From a virus (taxonomy: Duplodnaviria > Heunggongvirae > Uroviricota > Caudoviricetes): a DNA stretch of 33,504 nt. Location: the IMG/VR virus record IMGVR_UViG_2695420456_000021; one strand, written 5' to 3'. Within the stretch, counting starts at the first letter, position 1; the number at the start of each line of letters is the position of its first letter. The position numbers were made by a program, and so were the translations under genes. Positions 7,973 to 17,091 of the stretch are shown in pieces. Below the pieces are notes generated by a model. That model was not told where the DNA came from, made no database searches, and saw only the letters and a list, made by a program, of their open reading frames with translations.

Positions 7973-8615
7973 TCCGATGTTTATTTTAGGTGAGAGTTCT
8001 GGTGAGTTCTCACCTAGTTTGCTTTTTATCAAGAAGGATAATGAAGAAGGCCTGAGTGCTACTCATGCAGTTAAGGATATTAATACGGTAATTGAAGTAG
8101 CTAGTTCTAATATTGTTGATGCAATACGGCATCCACCTGAAACGCCTATTTTATCGTCATCACTTATTACGGCTCTTATTAGTACTATTTGTGCGGCTAC
8201 TGCCGCATTTGCATATAATAAAGTCCATTGGCGTTCTGTTGTTAAACGGGAGACTAAAACCAAACTCCTGGAGAGTATTTCAGATGTGGTTAATGAGTTG
8301 CGTTCTGATGCTATTAGTTATTGGTTGAAGGGGTATTCAAAAAAGTCGGCGAAGTCTCTCTTAGAAGAGGAAATGAGAATTAAGGCGAGTTTAAATATAA
8401 TAAATTCGACTATAACAATATATGTTCAGCAAGAGTCGCGATGGAAAAGAAAGGATATTGAAGCTCAGTTAAGGGTTTTTCATGACGAACTTTTTGATAT
8501 TATAACAGGTGATGATTTTGAGTCTCAGGCAAGGAAGCAGGATAAGGCAAAGGTTTCTGCTATTTCTACAAAGTGTGTGGCTTTTCGCGTTTTATTAAAT
8601 ACCATCAAGTTTTAA
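7953..8615 (+). CDS. Cargo protein 3 (220 aa): predicted single-pass membrane protein, candidate effector
   Basis: Start overlaps the gene-2 3' end by 20 nt; hydrophobic stretch 'PILSSSLITALISTICAATAAFAY' (about residues 65-88); charged C-terminal region. Alternative start ATG 7977. Confidence 0.6.
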   Translation: MSQQSNNPMFILGESSGEFSPSLLFIKKDNEEGLSATHAVKDINTVIEVASSNIVDAIRHPPETPILSSSLITALISTICAATAAFAYNKVHWRSVVKRETKTKLLESISDVVNELRSDAISYWLKGYSKKSAKSLLEEEMRIKASLNIINSTITIYVQQESRWKRKDIEAQLRVFHDELFDIITGDDFESQARKQDKAKVSAISTKCVAFRVLLNTIKF

Positions 8616-8747
8616 GATAGCCATGCATGAGTTTGGTGCATGAAAATGCATGAGGTTTTACGAATTATTTTGGCTAAAATCAGCCTGCCCTGACTGGCTA
8701 CGGCAGATATCATGCACCTGCATTAAAACCGCCCCATGAAGCGGGCG

Positions 8748-8766
8748 GGCGAGGCGGGGAAAGCAC
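8748..8766. other. cos site (19-nt cohesive-end sequence ggcgaggcggggaaagcac)
   Basis: Matches the P2 cohesive-end sequence as I recall it; sits between the cargo island and Q as in P2. Confidence 0.6.
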
Positions 8767-8909
8767 TGCGCGCTGGCGGTGGTGCTGATTTTATTTTTTC
8801 AGCGTCTGAGCGCGTCGTGATGGCGTTTAAATTGTTCGCCGGGGCCGTTGGTGTGTCTGCGGGGTGTTTTGTGCGGTGGTGAGCGTATGAGGGCGTGATG
8901 ACGGGGTGT

Positions 8910-8932
8910 AAAAAAGCCGCCCGCAGGCGGCG
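8910..8932 (-). terminator. Intrinsic terminator after Q (minus-strand stem gccgcc/ggcggc, then T6)
   Basis: Plus strand shows aaaaaa-gccgcc-cgca-ggcggc just 3' of the Q stop. Confidence 0.55.
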
Positions 8933-8936
8933 ATGT

Positions 8937-9971
8937 TCAGCCGTTGTCAGTGTCCAGTGAGTAGTTTTTAAAGCGGATGACTTCCTGGCCGAGCCAGCCG
9001 TTTATCTCGCGGATCCTGTCCTGTAGCGGGATAAGCTCATTGCGGACAAAGACCTTTGCCACTTTCTCAATATCGCCCAGCGACCCGACGTTCTCCGGCT
9101 TGCCGCCCATCAACTGAAAGGGGATGCGGTGCGCGTCCAGCAGGTCAGCGGCGCTGGCTTTTTTGATATTAAAAAAATCGTCCTTCGTTGCCACTTCACT
9201 GAGCGGGATAATTTTAATGCCGTCGGCTTTCCCCTGTGGGGCATAGAGAAACAGGTTTTTAAAGTTGTTGCGGCCTTTCGACTTCACCATGTTTTCGCGG
9301 AGCATTTCGATATCGTTGCGATCCTGCACGGCATCGGTGACGTACATGATGTATCCGGCATGTGCGCCGTTTTCGTAATACTTGCGGCGGAACAGCGTGG
9401 CTGATTCATTCAGCCAGGCAGAGTTAAGGGCGCTGAGATATTCCGGCAGGCCGTACAGCTCCTGATTGATATCCGGCTCCAGCAGGTGAAACACGGAGCC
9501 GGGCGTGAAAGGTGTTGGCTCGTTGAAGGACGGCACCCACCAGTAAATATCTTCTTCCACACCACGGCGGGTATATTTTGCCGGTGAGGTTTCCAGTCTG
9601 ATGATCTTACCGGTGGTGCTGTAACGCTTTTCCAGAAACGCATTACCGAACACCAGAAAATCCAGCACAAAGCGGCTGAAATCCTGCTGGGAAAGCCACG
9701 GATGCGGGATAAATGTCGAGGCCAGAATATTACGTTTGACGTAAATCGGGGAGCTGTGATGCACGGCAGCACGCAGGCTTTTTGCCAGACCGGTAAAGCT
9801 GACCGGTGGCTCATACCATCTGCCGTTACTGATGCACTCGACGTAATCCAGAATGTCACGGCGATCGAGTACCGGCACCGGCTCACCAAAGGTGAATGCC
9901 TCCATTTTCGGGGCGCTGGCGGTCATTGTTTTTGCCGCTGGTCGCGGTGTTTTCCCTTTTTTCTTGCTCAT
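8937..9971 (-). CDS. Q: Portal protein, P2 Q-like (344 aa)
   Basis: ORF track; same length as P2 Q; start overlaps the P stop (TGATG). Confidence 0.95.
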   Translation of the reverse strand: MSKKKGKTPRPAAKTMTASAPKMEAFTFGEPVPVLDRRDILDYVECISNGRWYEPPVSFTGLAKSLRAAVHHSSPIYVKRNILASTFIPHPWLSQQDFSRFVLDFLVFGNAFLEKRYSTTGKIIRLETSPAKYTRRGVEEDIYWWVPSFNEPTPFTPGSVFHLLEPDINQELYGLPEYLSALNSAWLNESATLFRRKYYENGAHAGYIMYVTDAVQDRNDIEMLRENMVKSKGRNNFKNLFLYAPQGKADGIKIIPLSEVATKDDFFNIKKASAADLLDAHRIPFQLMGGKPENVGSLGDIEKVAKVFVRNELIPLQDRIREINGWLGQEVIRFKNYSLDTDNG

Positions 9972-11743
9972 CAGTAAAACTCCAGAATGGTGGATGTCAG
10001 CGGAGTGCTGATACCGGCGGTGAGTGGCTCATTTAACAGGGCGTGCATGGTCGCCCAGGCGAGGTCGGCGTGGCTGGCTTCCTCGCTGCGGCTGGCCTCA
10101 TAGGTGGCGCTGCGTCCGCTGCTGGTCATGGTCTTGCGGATAGCCATAAACGAGCTGGTGATGTCGGTGGCGCTGACGTCATATTCCAGACAGCCACGGC
10201 GGATAACGTCTTTTGCCTTGAGCACCATTGCGGTTTTCATTTCCGGCGTGTAGCGGATATCGCGAGCGGCGGGATAGAACGAGCGCACGAGCTGGAACAC
10301 ACCGACACCGAGGCCGGTGGCATCAATCCCGATGTATTCGACGTTGTATTTTTCGGTGAGTTTGCGGATGGATTCTGCCTGGGTGGCAAAGTCCATGCCT
10401 TTCCACTGGTGACGCTCAAGGATCCTGAATTTGCCACCGGCCACCACCGGCGGTGCCAGCACCACGCATCCGGCGCTGTCGCCACGGTGTGACGGGTCGT
10501 AACCAATCCATACCGGGCGGGAGCCGAACGGATTTGCGGCAAACGGCGCATAGTCTTCCCATTCTTCCAGCGTGTCGACCATACAGCGTTGCAGCTCCTC
10601 GAACGGGAACACCGACGCCTTGTCGTCAACAAATTCACACATGAACAGGTTTTTAAAATCGTCGGCGCTGTTTTCGCGTTTGAGCTGCTCAATGTCGAAC
10701 AGCGTGCAGCCGCCTTTCAGGGCGTCCTCAATGGTGACAATCTGCCGCCACTGGCCGTCCGCACAGAGAAGCCCACCGGCAAGGGCGTTATGACTGACGT
10801 CGATTTCCACGCGTTCGGCGGCGCTGGCGCGTCCCCGGTTGAACAGTTCACCCGACCAGAACGGGTAGGCGTCGTGCGCCAGCGTGGACGGGGTGGAGAA
10901 ATAGGTCGATCGCAGGTGACTCTGTGAGGCCATACCTGATGCCACCTTACGCAGCACCTGAAAATTCGGGATCCAGAAAATCTCGTCGACGTACAGGTCG
11001 CCGTTATGGCTCTGCGCGGTGTTGGAGTTGGTGCCGAGAAAAATCAGTTTTGCGCCGTTATTGCCCAGGACAATCGGGTCACCGGTCAGGTCAACGTCAA
11101 CCAGACGGGCAAAGGCGATGATGTATTCGCGGAACACATACGCCTGCGTTTTACTGGCCGACAGAAAAATCTGGTTATGACCTGTTTTCAGGGCGCGCAG
11201 CAGCGCCTCGCGGGAAAAATAAAACGTCGCGCCAATCTGGCGGGATTTCAGGATATCGCGGATGCGGTGCTCAAGCCCGGCGCGATACCAGTGCAACTGA
11301 TATTCGAAAGACTGCTCAAAGAAAATCTGCTCCAGCTTTTCGATAGCCTCGTCGCTGAAAAAATTCTTTTTCGGTTTGCGACGCCCGCCTTTGTTGCGGT
11401 TAGCGACGTTCGGATTAAGGTCTGCCTCGTTGCCGGTCTGGCTGTAGCGGTTTACCCGTGCCAGTCGTTCAATCTGGCGTCCGAGCAGGTCAATTTCCTT
11501 GAAGTCACCGCCGGTTTTCTGCGGTTTGATAATGAGCTGGGTCAGCCGCGCTTCCAGACTCATTTCGACACGGCTGATGGGGGCAACGCTGTCCCAGCCG
11601 TCGCGCTGTTTCCAGCTCTGCACCGTCGGGCGTTTCATCTGCAACATGGCGGCAATCTGCGGCACGGAAAACCCCTGCCAGTACAGCAGCGCCGCCTGAC
11701 GACGCGGGTCGTGCAAAAGAGTGGTGTCTGTGGTGATGGTCAT
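9971..11743 (-). CDS. P: Terminase large subunit, P2 P-like (590 aa from ATG at 11743)
   Basis: Track gives 600 aa from 11773; internal start 'MTITTDTTLLHD...' is preceded by a gaggt RBS and matches the P2 P N-terminus as I recall it. Confidence 0.9.
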   Translation of the reverse strand: MTITTDTTLLHDPRRQAALLYWQGFSVPQIAAMLQMKRPTVQSWKQRDGWDSVAPISRVEMSLEARLTQLIIKPQKTGGDFKEIDLLGRQIERLARVNRYSQTGNEADLNPNVANRNKGGRRKPKKNFFSDEAIEKLEQIFFEQSFEYQLHWYRAGLEHRIRDILKSRQIGATFYFSREALLRALKTGHNQIFLSASKTQAYVFREYIIAFARLVDVDLTGDPIVLGNNGAKLIFLGTNSNTAQSHNGDLYVDEIFWIPNFQVLRKVASGMASQSHLRSTYFSTPSTLAHDAYPFWSGELFNRGRASAAERVEIDVSHNALAGGLLCADGQWRQIVTIEDALKGGCTLFDIEQLKRENSADDFKNLFMCEFVDDKASVFPFEELQRCMVDTLEEWEDYAPFAANPFGSRPVWIGYDPSHRGDSAGCVVLAPPVVAGGKFRILERHQWKGMDFATQAESIRKLTEKYNVEYIGIDATGLGVGVFQLVRSFYPAARDIRYTPEMKTAMVLKAKDVIRRGCLEYDVSATDITSSFMAIRKTMTSSGRSATYEASRSEEASHADLAWATMHALLNEPLTAGISTPLTSTILEFY

Positions 11744-11916
11744 GAATACCTCGCCGTGATGAATACACGACAAGGCTACTGAGTCGCGCCCCGCGATTCG
11801 CTAAGGTGCTGTTGTGTCAGTGATAAGCCATCCGGGACTGATGGCGGAAGATGCGCATCGTCGGGAAACTGATGCCGACATGTGACTCCTCTAATCACTA
11901 TTCAGGACTCCTGACA

Positions 11917-12771
11917 ATGGCAAAAAAAGTCTCAAAATTCTTTCGTATCGGCGTTGAGGGTGACACCTGTGACGGGCGTGTCATCAGTGCGCAGGATATT
12001 CAGGAAATGGCCGAAACCTTTGACCCGCGTGTCTATGGTTGCCGTATTAACCTGGAACATCTGCGCGGCATCCTGCCTGACGGTATTTTTAAACGTTATG
12101 GTGATGTGGCCGAACTGAAGGCCGAAAAGATTGACGATGATTCGGCGCTGAAAGGCAAATGGGCGCTGTTTGCGAAAATCACCCCGACCGATGACCTTAT
12201 CGCGATGAACAAGGCCGCGCAGAAGGTCTACACCTCAATGGAAATTCAGCCGAACTTTGCCAACACCGGCAAATGTTATCTGGTGGGGCTGGCCGTCACC
12301 GATGACCCGGCAAGCCTCGGCACGGAATACCTGGAATTCTGCCGCACGGCAAAACACAACCCCCTGAACCGCTTCAAATTAAGCCCTGAAAACCTGATTT
12401 CAGTGGCAACGCCTGTTGAGCTGGAATTTGAAGACCTGCCTGAAACCGTGTTCACCGCCCTGACCGAAAAGGTGAAATCCATTTTTGGCCGCAAACAGGC
12501 CAGCGATGACGCCCGTCTGAATGACGTGCATGAAGCGGTGACCGCTGTTGCTGAACATGTGCAGGAAAAACTGAGCGCCACTGAGCAGCGCCTCGCTGAG
12601 ATGGAAACTGCCTTTTCCGCTCTTAAGCAGGAGGTGACTGACAGGGCGGATGAAACCAGCCAGGCATTCACCCGCCTGAAAAACAGTCTCGACCACACCG
12701 AAAGTCTGACCCAGCAGCGCCGCAGCAAGGCCACCGGTGGTGGCGGTGACGCCCTGATGACGAACTGCTGA
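11917..12771 (+). CDS. O: Capsid scaffold protein, P2 O-like (284 aa)
   Basis: Track ORF 11851..12771; start moved to ATG 11917 (MAKKVSKFF...), giving the P2 O length; divergent from P. Confidence 0.9.
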   Translation: MAKKVSKFFRIGVEGDTCDGRVISAQDIQEMAETFDPRVYGCRINLEHLRGILPDGIFKRYGDVAELKAEKIDDDSALKGKWALFAKITPTDDLIAMNKAAQKVYTSMEIQPNFANTGKCYLVGLAVTDDPASLGTEYLEFCRTAKHNPLNRFKLSPENLISVATPVELEFEDLPETVFTALTEKVKSIFGRKQASDDARLNDVHEAVTAVAEHVQEKLSATEQRLAEMETAFSALKQEVTDRADETSQAFTRLKNSLDHTESLTQQRRSKATGGGGDALMTNC

Positions 12772-12829
12772 CCGGCGTCAGTCAGTCCGGGAAAACCTTC
12801 ACGATTAACCCTTAATTTCAGGAAAAACT

Positions 12830-13903
12830 ATGCGCCAGGAAACCCGCTTTAAATTTAATGCCTACCTGTCCCGTGTTGCCGAACTGAACGGCATCGACGC
12901 CGGTGATGTGTCGAAAAAATTCACCGTTGAACCGTCGGTCACCCAGACCCTGATGAACACCATGCAGGAGTCCTCTGACTTTCTGACCCGCATCAACATT
13001 GTGCCGGTCAGCGAAATGAAAGGGGAAAAAATTGGTATTGGTGTCACCGGCTCCATCGCCAGCACCACCGACACCGCCGGTGGCACCGAACGTCAGCCGA
13101 AGGACTTCTCGAAGCTGGCGTCCAGTAAGTACGAATGCGACCAGATTAACTTCGATTTTTATATCCGCTACAAAACGCTGGACCTGTGGGCGCGTTATCA
13201 GGATTTCCAGCTCCGTGTCCGTAACGCCATTATCAAACGCCAGTCCCTTGATTTCATCATGGCCGGTTTTAACGGCGTGAGGCGTGCCGAAACCTCTGAC
13301 CGCAGCAGTCACCCGATGCTGCAGGATGTGGCGGTCGGCTGGCTGCAGAAATACCGCAATGAAGCCCCGGCGCGCGTGATGAGCAAGGTTACTGACGAGG
13401 AAGGTCACACGACCTCTGAGGTCATCCGCGTGGGTAAGGGCGGTGATTATGCCAGCCTCGATGCACTGGTGATGGATGCGACCAACAACCTGATTGAGCC
13501 GTGGTATCAGGAAGACCCTGACCTTGTGGTGATTGTGGGGCGTCAGCTACTGGCGGACAAGTATTTCCCCATCGTTAACAAGGAGCAGGACAACAGCGAG
13601 ATGCTGGCCGCTGACGTCATCATCAGCCAGAAACGCATCGGCAACCTGCCAGCGGTACGCGTCCCGTACTTCCCGGCGGATGCGATGCTCATCACGAAGC
13701 TGGAAAACCTGTCCATCTACTACATGGATGACAGCCATCGCCGCGTGATTGAGGAAAACCCGAAACTCGACCGCGTGGAGAACTACGAGTCAATGAACAT
13801 TGATTACGTGGTGGAAGACTACGCCGCCGGTTGTCTGGTGGAAAAAATTAAGGTCGGTGATTTCTCCACACCGGCTAAAGCGACCGCAGAGCCGGGAGCG
13901 TAA
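12830..13903 (+). CDS. N: Major capsid protein, P2 N-like (357 aa)
   Basis: ORF track; size and synteny. Confidence 0.95.
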   Translation: MRQETRFKFNAYLSRVAELNGIDAGDVSKKFTVEPSVTQTLMNTMQESSDFLTRINIVPVSEMKGEKIGIGVTGSIASTTDTAGGTERQPKDFSKLASSKYECDQINFDFYIRYKTLDLWARYQDFQLRVRNAIIKRQSLDFIMAGFNGVRRAETSDRSSHPMLQDVAVGWLQKYRNEAPARVMSKVTDEEGHTTSEVIRVGKGGDYASLDALVMDATNNLIEPWYQEDPDLVVIVGRQLLADKYFPIVNKEQDNSEMLAADVIISQKRIGNLPAVRVPYFPADAMLITKLENLSIYYMDDSHRRVIEENPKLDRVENYESMNIDYVVEDYAAGCLVEKIKVGDFSTPAKATAEPGA

Positions 13904-13906
13904 CCG

Positions 13907-14644
13907 ATGACGAGTCCCGCACAGCGCCACATGATGCGGGTCTCGGCAGCGATGACCGCGCAGCGGAAAGCCGCCCCGCTGCGACATGCAACTGTCTATG
14001 AGCAGATGCTGGTTAAGCTCGCCGCAGACCAGCGCACACTGAAAGCGATTTATTCAAAAGAGCTGAAGGCCGCGAAAAAACGCGAACTGCTGCCGTTCTG
14101 GTTGCCGTGGGTGAACGGCGTGCTGGAGCAGGGCAAAGGCGCACAGGATGACATTCTGATGACGGTCATGCTGTGGCGTCTGGATACCGGCGATATCGCT
14201 GGTGCGCTGGAGATTGCCCGTTATGCCCTGAAATACGGTCTGACCATGCCGGGTAAACACCGCCGCACCCCGCCGTACATGTTCACCGAGGAGGTCGCGC
14301 TCGCGGCCATGCGCGCCCACGCGGCCGGTGAGTCTGTGGATACCCGCCTGCTGACGGAGACCCTTGAACTGACTGCCGCTGCTGACATGCCTGATGAAGT
14401 GCGCGCAAAGCTGCACAAAATCACCGGTCTGTTTCTGCGTGACGGTGGTGATGCCGCCGGTGCGCTGGCTCACCTGCAACGTGCGACACAGCTCGACTGT
14501 CAGGCAGGCGTCAAAAAAGAGATTGAACGACTGGAGCGGGAGCTGAAACCGAAGCCGGAGCCAAAAGCGGTCACCCGCGCCCCGCGTAAGACCCGGTGCG
14601 TGACACCGGCACAACGTGGGCGCCCGAAAAAGAAAGCCAGTTAA
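13907..14644 (+). CDS. M: Terminase small (endonuclease) subunit, P2 M-like
   Basis: ORF track; synteny after N. Confidence 0.9.
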   Translation: MTSPAQRHMMRVSAAMTAQRKAAPLRHATVYEQMLVKLAADQRTLKAIYSKELKAAKKRELLPFWLPWVNGVLEQGKGAQDDILMTVMLWRLDTGDIAGALEIARYALKYGLTMPGKHRRTPPYMFTEEVALAAMRAHAAGESVDTRLLTETLELTAAADMPDEVRAKLHKITGLFLRDGGDAAGALAHLQRATQLDCQAGVKKEIERLERELKPKPEPKAVTRAPRKTRCVTPAQRGRPKKKAS

Positions 14645-14743
14645 CAACCGAATGCGCCCCGCGCCAGGGCGGCACGCCGGTCAGTGAGGGTGAATCACCT
14701 GACACTGCACCGGCGTCCACCGCCCGACTTTTCAGAGGTAGTC

Positions 14744-15253
14744 ATGATGACGCTGATTATTCCGCGAAAGGAGGCTCCCGTGTCCAGTGAGGGTACGGTG
14801 GTCATCCCGCAACCGGCAGGCGACGAGCCGGTGATTAAAAACACGTTCTTTTTTCCCGATATCGACCCGAAGCGCGTCCGGGAACGTATGCGCCTTGAGC
14901 AGACCGTCGCTCCCGCCCGTCTGCGTGAGGCCATCAAGTCAGGCATGGCGGAGACGAATGCGGAGCTGTACGAGTACCGCGAACAGAAAATTGCCGCCGG
15001 TTTTACGCGTCTGGCGGACGTTCCGGCGGACGACATCGACGGTGAAAGCATCAGAGTTTTTTACTACGAGCGCGCCGTGTGTGCGATGGCGACCGCGTCG
15101 CTTTATGAGCGTTATCGCGGCGTGGATGCCAGTGCGAAAGGCGACAAGAAGGCCGACAGCATTGACAGCACCATTGATGAACTGTGGCGGGATATGCGCT
15201 GGGCGGTGGCGCGTATCCAGGACAAGCCGCGCTGCATCGTGAGTCAAATCTGA
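14744..15253 (+). CDS. L: Head completion protein, P2 L-like (169 aa)
   Basis: Track ORF 14684..15253; start moved to ATG 14744 (MMTLIIPRKE...) after a gaggt RBS. Confidence 0.9.
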   Translation: MMTLIIPRKEAPVSSEGTVVIPQPAGDEPVIKNTFFFPDIDPKRVRERMRLEQTVAPARLREAIKSGMAETNAELYEYREQKIAAGFTRLADVPADDIDGESIRVFYYERAVCAMATASLYERYRGVDASAKGDKKADSIDSTIDELWRDMRWAVARIQDKPRCIVSQI

Positions 15254-15456
15254 TGAAGACCTTTGCGCTACAGGGCGACACGCTCGACGCCATCTGTGTC
15301 CGGTATTACGGGCGCACTGAGGGCGTGGTCGAGGCTGTGCTCGCCGCAAATCCGGGACTGGCTGAACTGGGCGCGGTGCTGCCACACGGCACCGCCGTCG
15401 AACTGCCCGACGTTCAGACCGCGCCCGTGGCTGAAACTGTCAATCTGTGGGAGTAA
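15253..15456 (+). CDS. X: Tail protein X-like (67 aa)
   Basis: Track ORF 15184..15456; start at ATG 15253 (MKTFALQGD...) overlapping the L stop. Confidence 0.85.
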   Translation: MKTFALQGDTLDAICVRYYGRTEGVVEAVLAANPGLAELGAVLPHGTAVELPDVQTAPVAETVNLWE

Positions 15457-15459
15457 CGC

Positions 15460-15741
15460 ATGACAGCAGAAGAAAAAAGCGTCCTGTCGCTTTTCATGAT
15501 TGGGGTGCTGATTGTTGTCGGCAAAGTGCTTGCCGGTGGTGAACCCATCACCCCGCGTCTGTTTATCGGGCGCATGTTGCTCGGTGGTTTTGTCTCGATG
15601 GTTGCCGGTGTTGTTCTGGTGCAGTTTCCTGACCTGTCACTGCCTGCGGTGTGCGGCATCGGCTCCATGCTGGGTATCGCCGGTTATCAGGTGATTGAGA
15701 TTGCCATTCAGCGCCGCTTTAAGGGCAGGGGGAAACAGTAA
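15460..15741 (+). CDS. Y: Holin, P2 Y-like (93 aa)
   Basis: ORF track; hydrophobic segments; position before the endolysin. Confidence 0.85.
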   Translation: MTAEEKSVLSLFMIGVLIVVGKVLAGGEPITPRLFIGRMLLGGFVSMVAGVVLVQFPDLSLPAVCGIGSMLGIAGYQVIEIAIQRRFKGRGKQ

Positions 15742-16238
15742 TGCCGGTAATTAACACGCATCAGAATATCGCGGCCTTTCTCGACATGCTGGCCGTGTCC
15801 GAAGGGACGGCGAATCATCCGCTGACGAAAAACCGGGGCTATGACGTGATAGTCACCGGACTGGACGGGAAGCCGGAAATTTTCACCGACTACAGTGACC
15901 ACCCGTTCGCGCATGGCCGACCGGCGAAGGTGTTTAACCGTCGCGGTGAAAAATCCACAGCCTCCGGTCGCTATCAGCAGCTTTACCTGTTCTGGCCGCA
16001 TTACCGCAAACAGCTTGCCCTGCCGGATTTCAGTCCGTTGTCACAGGACAGACTCGCCATTCAGTTGATCCGCGAACGCGGTGCACTGGATGACATCCGG
16101 GCGGGACGCATTGAGCGCGCCATTTCACGCTGTCGCAATATCTGGGCGTCCCTGCCGGGTGCCGGTTACGGTCAGCGTGAGCATTCACTGGAAAAACTGG
16201 TCACCGTCTGGCGTACCGCCGGCGGCGTACCGGCTTAA
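15741..16238 (+). CDS. K: Endolysin (lysozyme), P2 K-like (165 aa)
   Basis: ORF track; size and synteny; 'LDMLAVSEGT' lysozyme-like N-terminus. Confidence 0.9.
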   Translation: MPVINTHQNIAAFLDMLAVSEGTANHPLTKNRGYDVIVTGLDGKPEIFTDYSDHPFAHGRPAKVFNRRGEKSTASGRYQQLYLFWPHYRKQLALPDFSPLSQDRLAIQLIRERGALDDIRAGRIERAISRCRNIWASLPGAGYGQREHSLEKLVTVWRTAGGVPA

Positions 16239-16252
16239 ACGGAGTAAACACC

Positions 16253-16678
16253 ATGAAGAAATTATCCCTTTCACTGATGCTGAACGTGTCGCTGGCGCTG
16301 ATGCTGGCACTGTCCCTGATTTACCCGCAGAGCGTGGTCGTCAATTTTGTCGCTGCCTGGGCGATTCTGGCGACGGTTATCTGTGTGGTTGCCGGTGGTG
16401 TCGGCGTGTATGCCACTGAGTATGTACTTGAACGCTACGGGCGGGAGCTGCCGCCGGAATCGCTGGCCGTGAAGATTGTCGCATCGCTGTTTTTGCAGCC
16501 GGTGCCGTGGCGCAGACGGGCAGTGGCTCTGGTGGTGATGGTGACGACATTTATCTCGCTGGTCGCTGCCGGGTGGATTTTTACCGCGCTGATTTATCTC
16601 GTGGCGTCGGTGTTCTTCCGGCTGATACGTACGGCCTGCCGTCAGCGTTTTGAGGGGCGGGAACCATGTCAAAGCTGA
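16253..16678 (+). CDS. lysA: LysA-like membrane protein (lysis timing)
   Basis: ORF track; 141 aa, highly hydrophobic; follows K. Confidence 0.75.
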   Translation: MKKLSLSLMLNVSLALMLALSLIYPQSVVVNFVAAWAILATVICVVAGGVGVYATEYVLERYGRELPPESLAVKIVASLFLQPVPWRRRAVALVVMVTTFISLVAAGWIFTALIYLVASVFFRLIRTACRQRFEGREPCQS

Positions 16679-17091
16679 TGATTGTGCTGGTTGTGTTGTT
16701 ATCACTGGCGGTGGTCGGTCTGTTTCTGGTGAAACACAAAAATGCCAGCCTGCGCGCCTCGCTGGACAGGGCGAACAGTGTCGCCAGCGGGCAGCAGACG
16801 ACCATCACCATGCTGAAAAATCAGCTTCATGTTGCCATCACCAGGGCAGATAAAAACGAGCTGGCGCAGGTGGCAATGCGTCAGGAGCTGGAGAACGCCG
16901 CGAAGCGTGAAGCACAGCGCGAGAAAACCATCACGAGGTTACTTAATGAAAACGAAGATTTTCGCCGCTGGTACGGTGCTGACCTGCCTGATGCTGTGCG
17001 CCGGTTGCACCAGCGCCCGGCCTGCACCGACGCCAGTGATTGTCGCCAACGCCTGCCCGAAAGTGAGCCTTTGCCTGATGCCGGGCAGTGA
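16666..17091 (+). CDS. lysB: LysB-like inner-membrane spanin (Rz-like)
   Basis: ORF track; N-terminal TM segment then coiled-coil-like region. Confidence 0.75.
   Translation: MSKLMIVLVVLLSLAVVGLFLVKHKNASLRASLDRANSVASGQQTTITMLKNQLHVAITRADKNELAQVAMRQELENAAKREAQREKTITRLLNENEDFRRWYGADLPDAVRRLHQRPACTDASDCRQRLPESEPLPDAGQ

Noticed and set aside
8063-8328. Small ORFs 8063..8263 (minus) and 8113..8328 (plus)
   Set aside because: Both are embedded in the third cassette gene in other frames or strand; typical AT-rich shadow ORFs.
6456-8615. Possibility that the cargo cassette is P2 old/tin/orf91
   Set aside because: Gene number, sizes and motifs do not fit: there is no Walker A P-loop for an Old-like ATPase/nuclease, and GHKL-like boxes are present instead.
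11744-11773. 600-aa version of terminase P starting at 11773
   Set aside because: The internal ATG at 11743 has an RBS and yields the conserved N-terminus; the upstream extension is probably untranslated.
10043-11782. Many plus-strand ORFs (e.g. 11006..11782, 258 aa)
   Set aside because: Antisense to the terminase gene P in GC-rich DNA, where spurious long ORFs are expected.
11744-11916. Ogr-dependent late promoter elements (TGT-N12-ACA dyad) in the P/O divergent region and upstream of V and FI
   Set aside because: I could not find convincing matches by eye; not reported as features.
12818-13408. 196-aa minus-strand ORF
   Set aside because: Antisense to the major capsid gene N.
14054-14647. 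197-aa minus-strand ORF
   Set aside because: Antisense to the terminase small subunit gene M.
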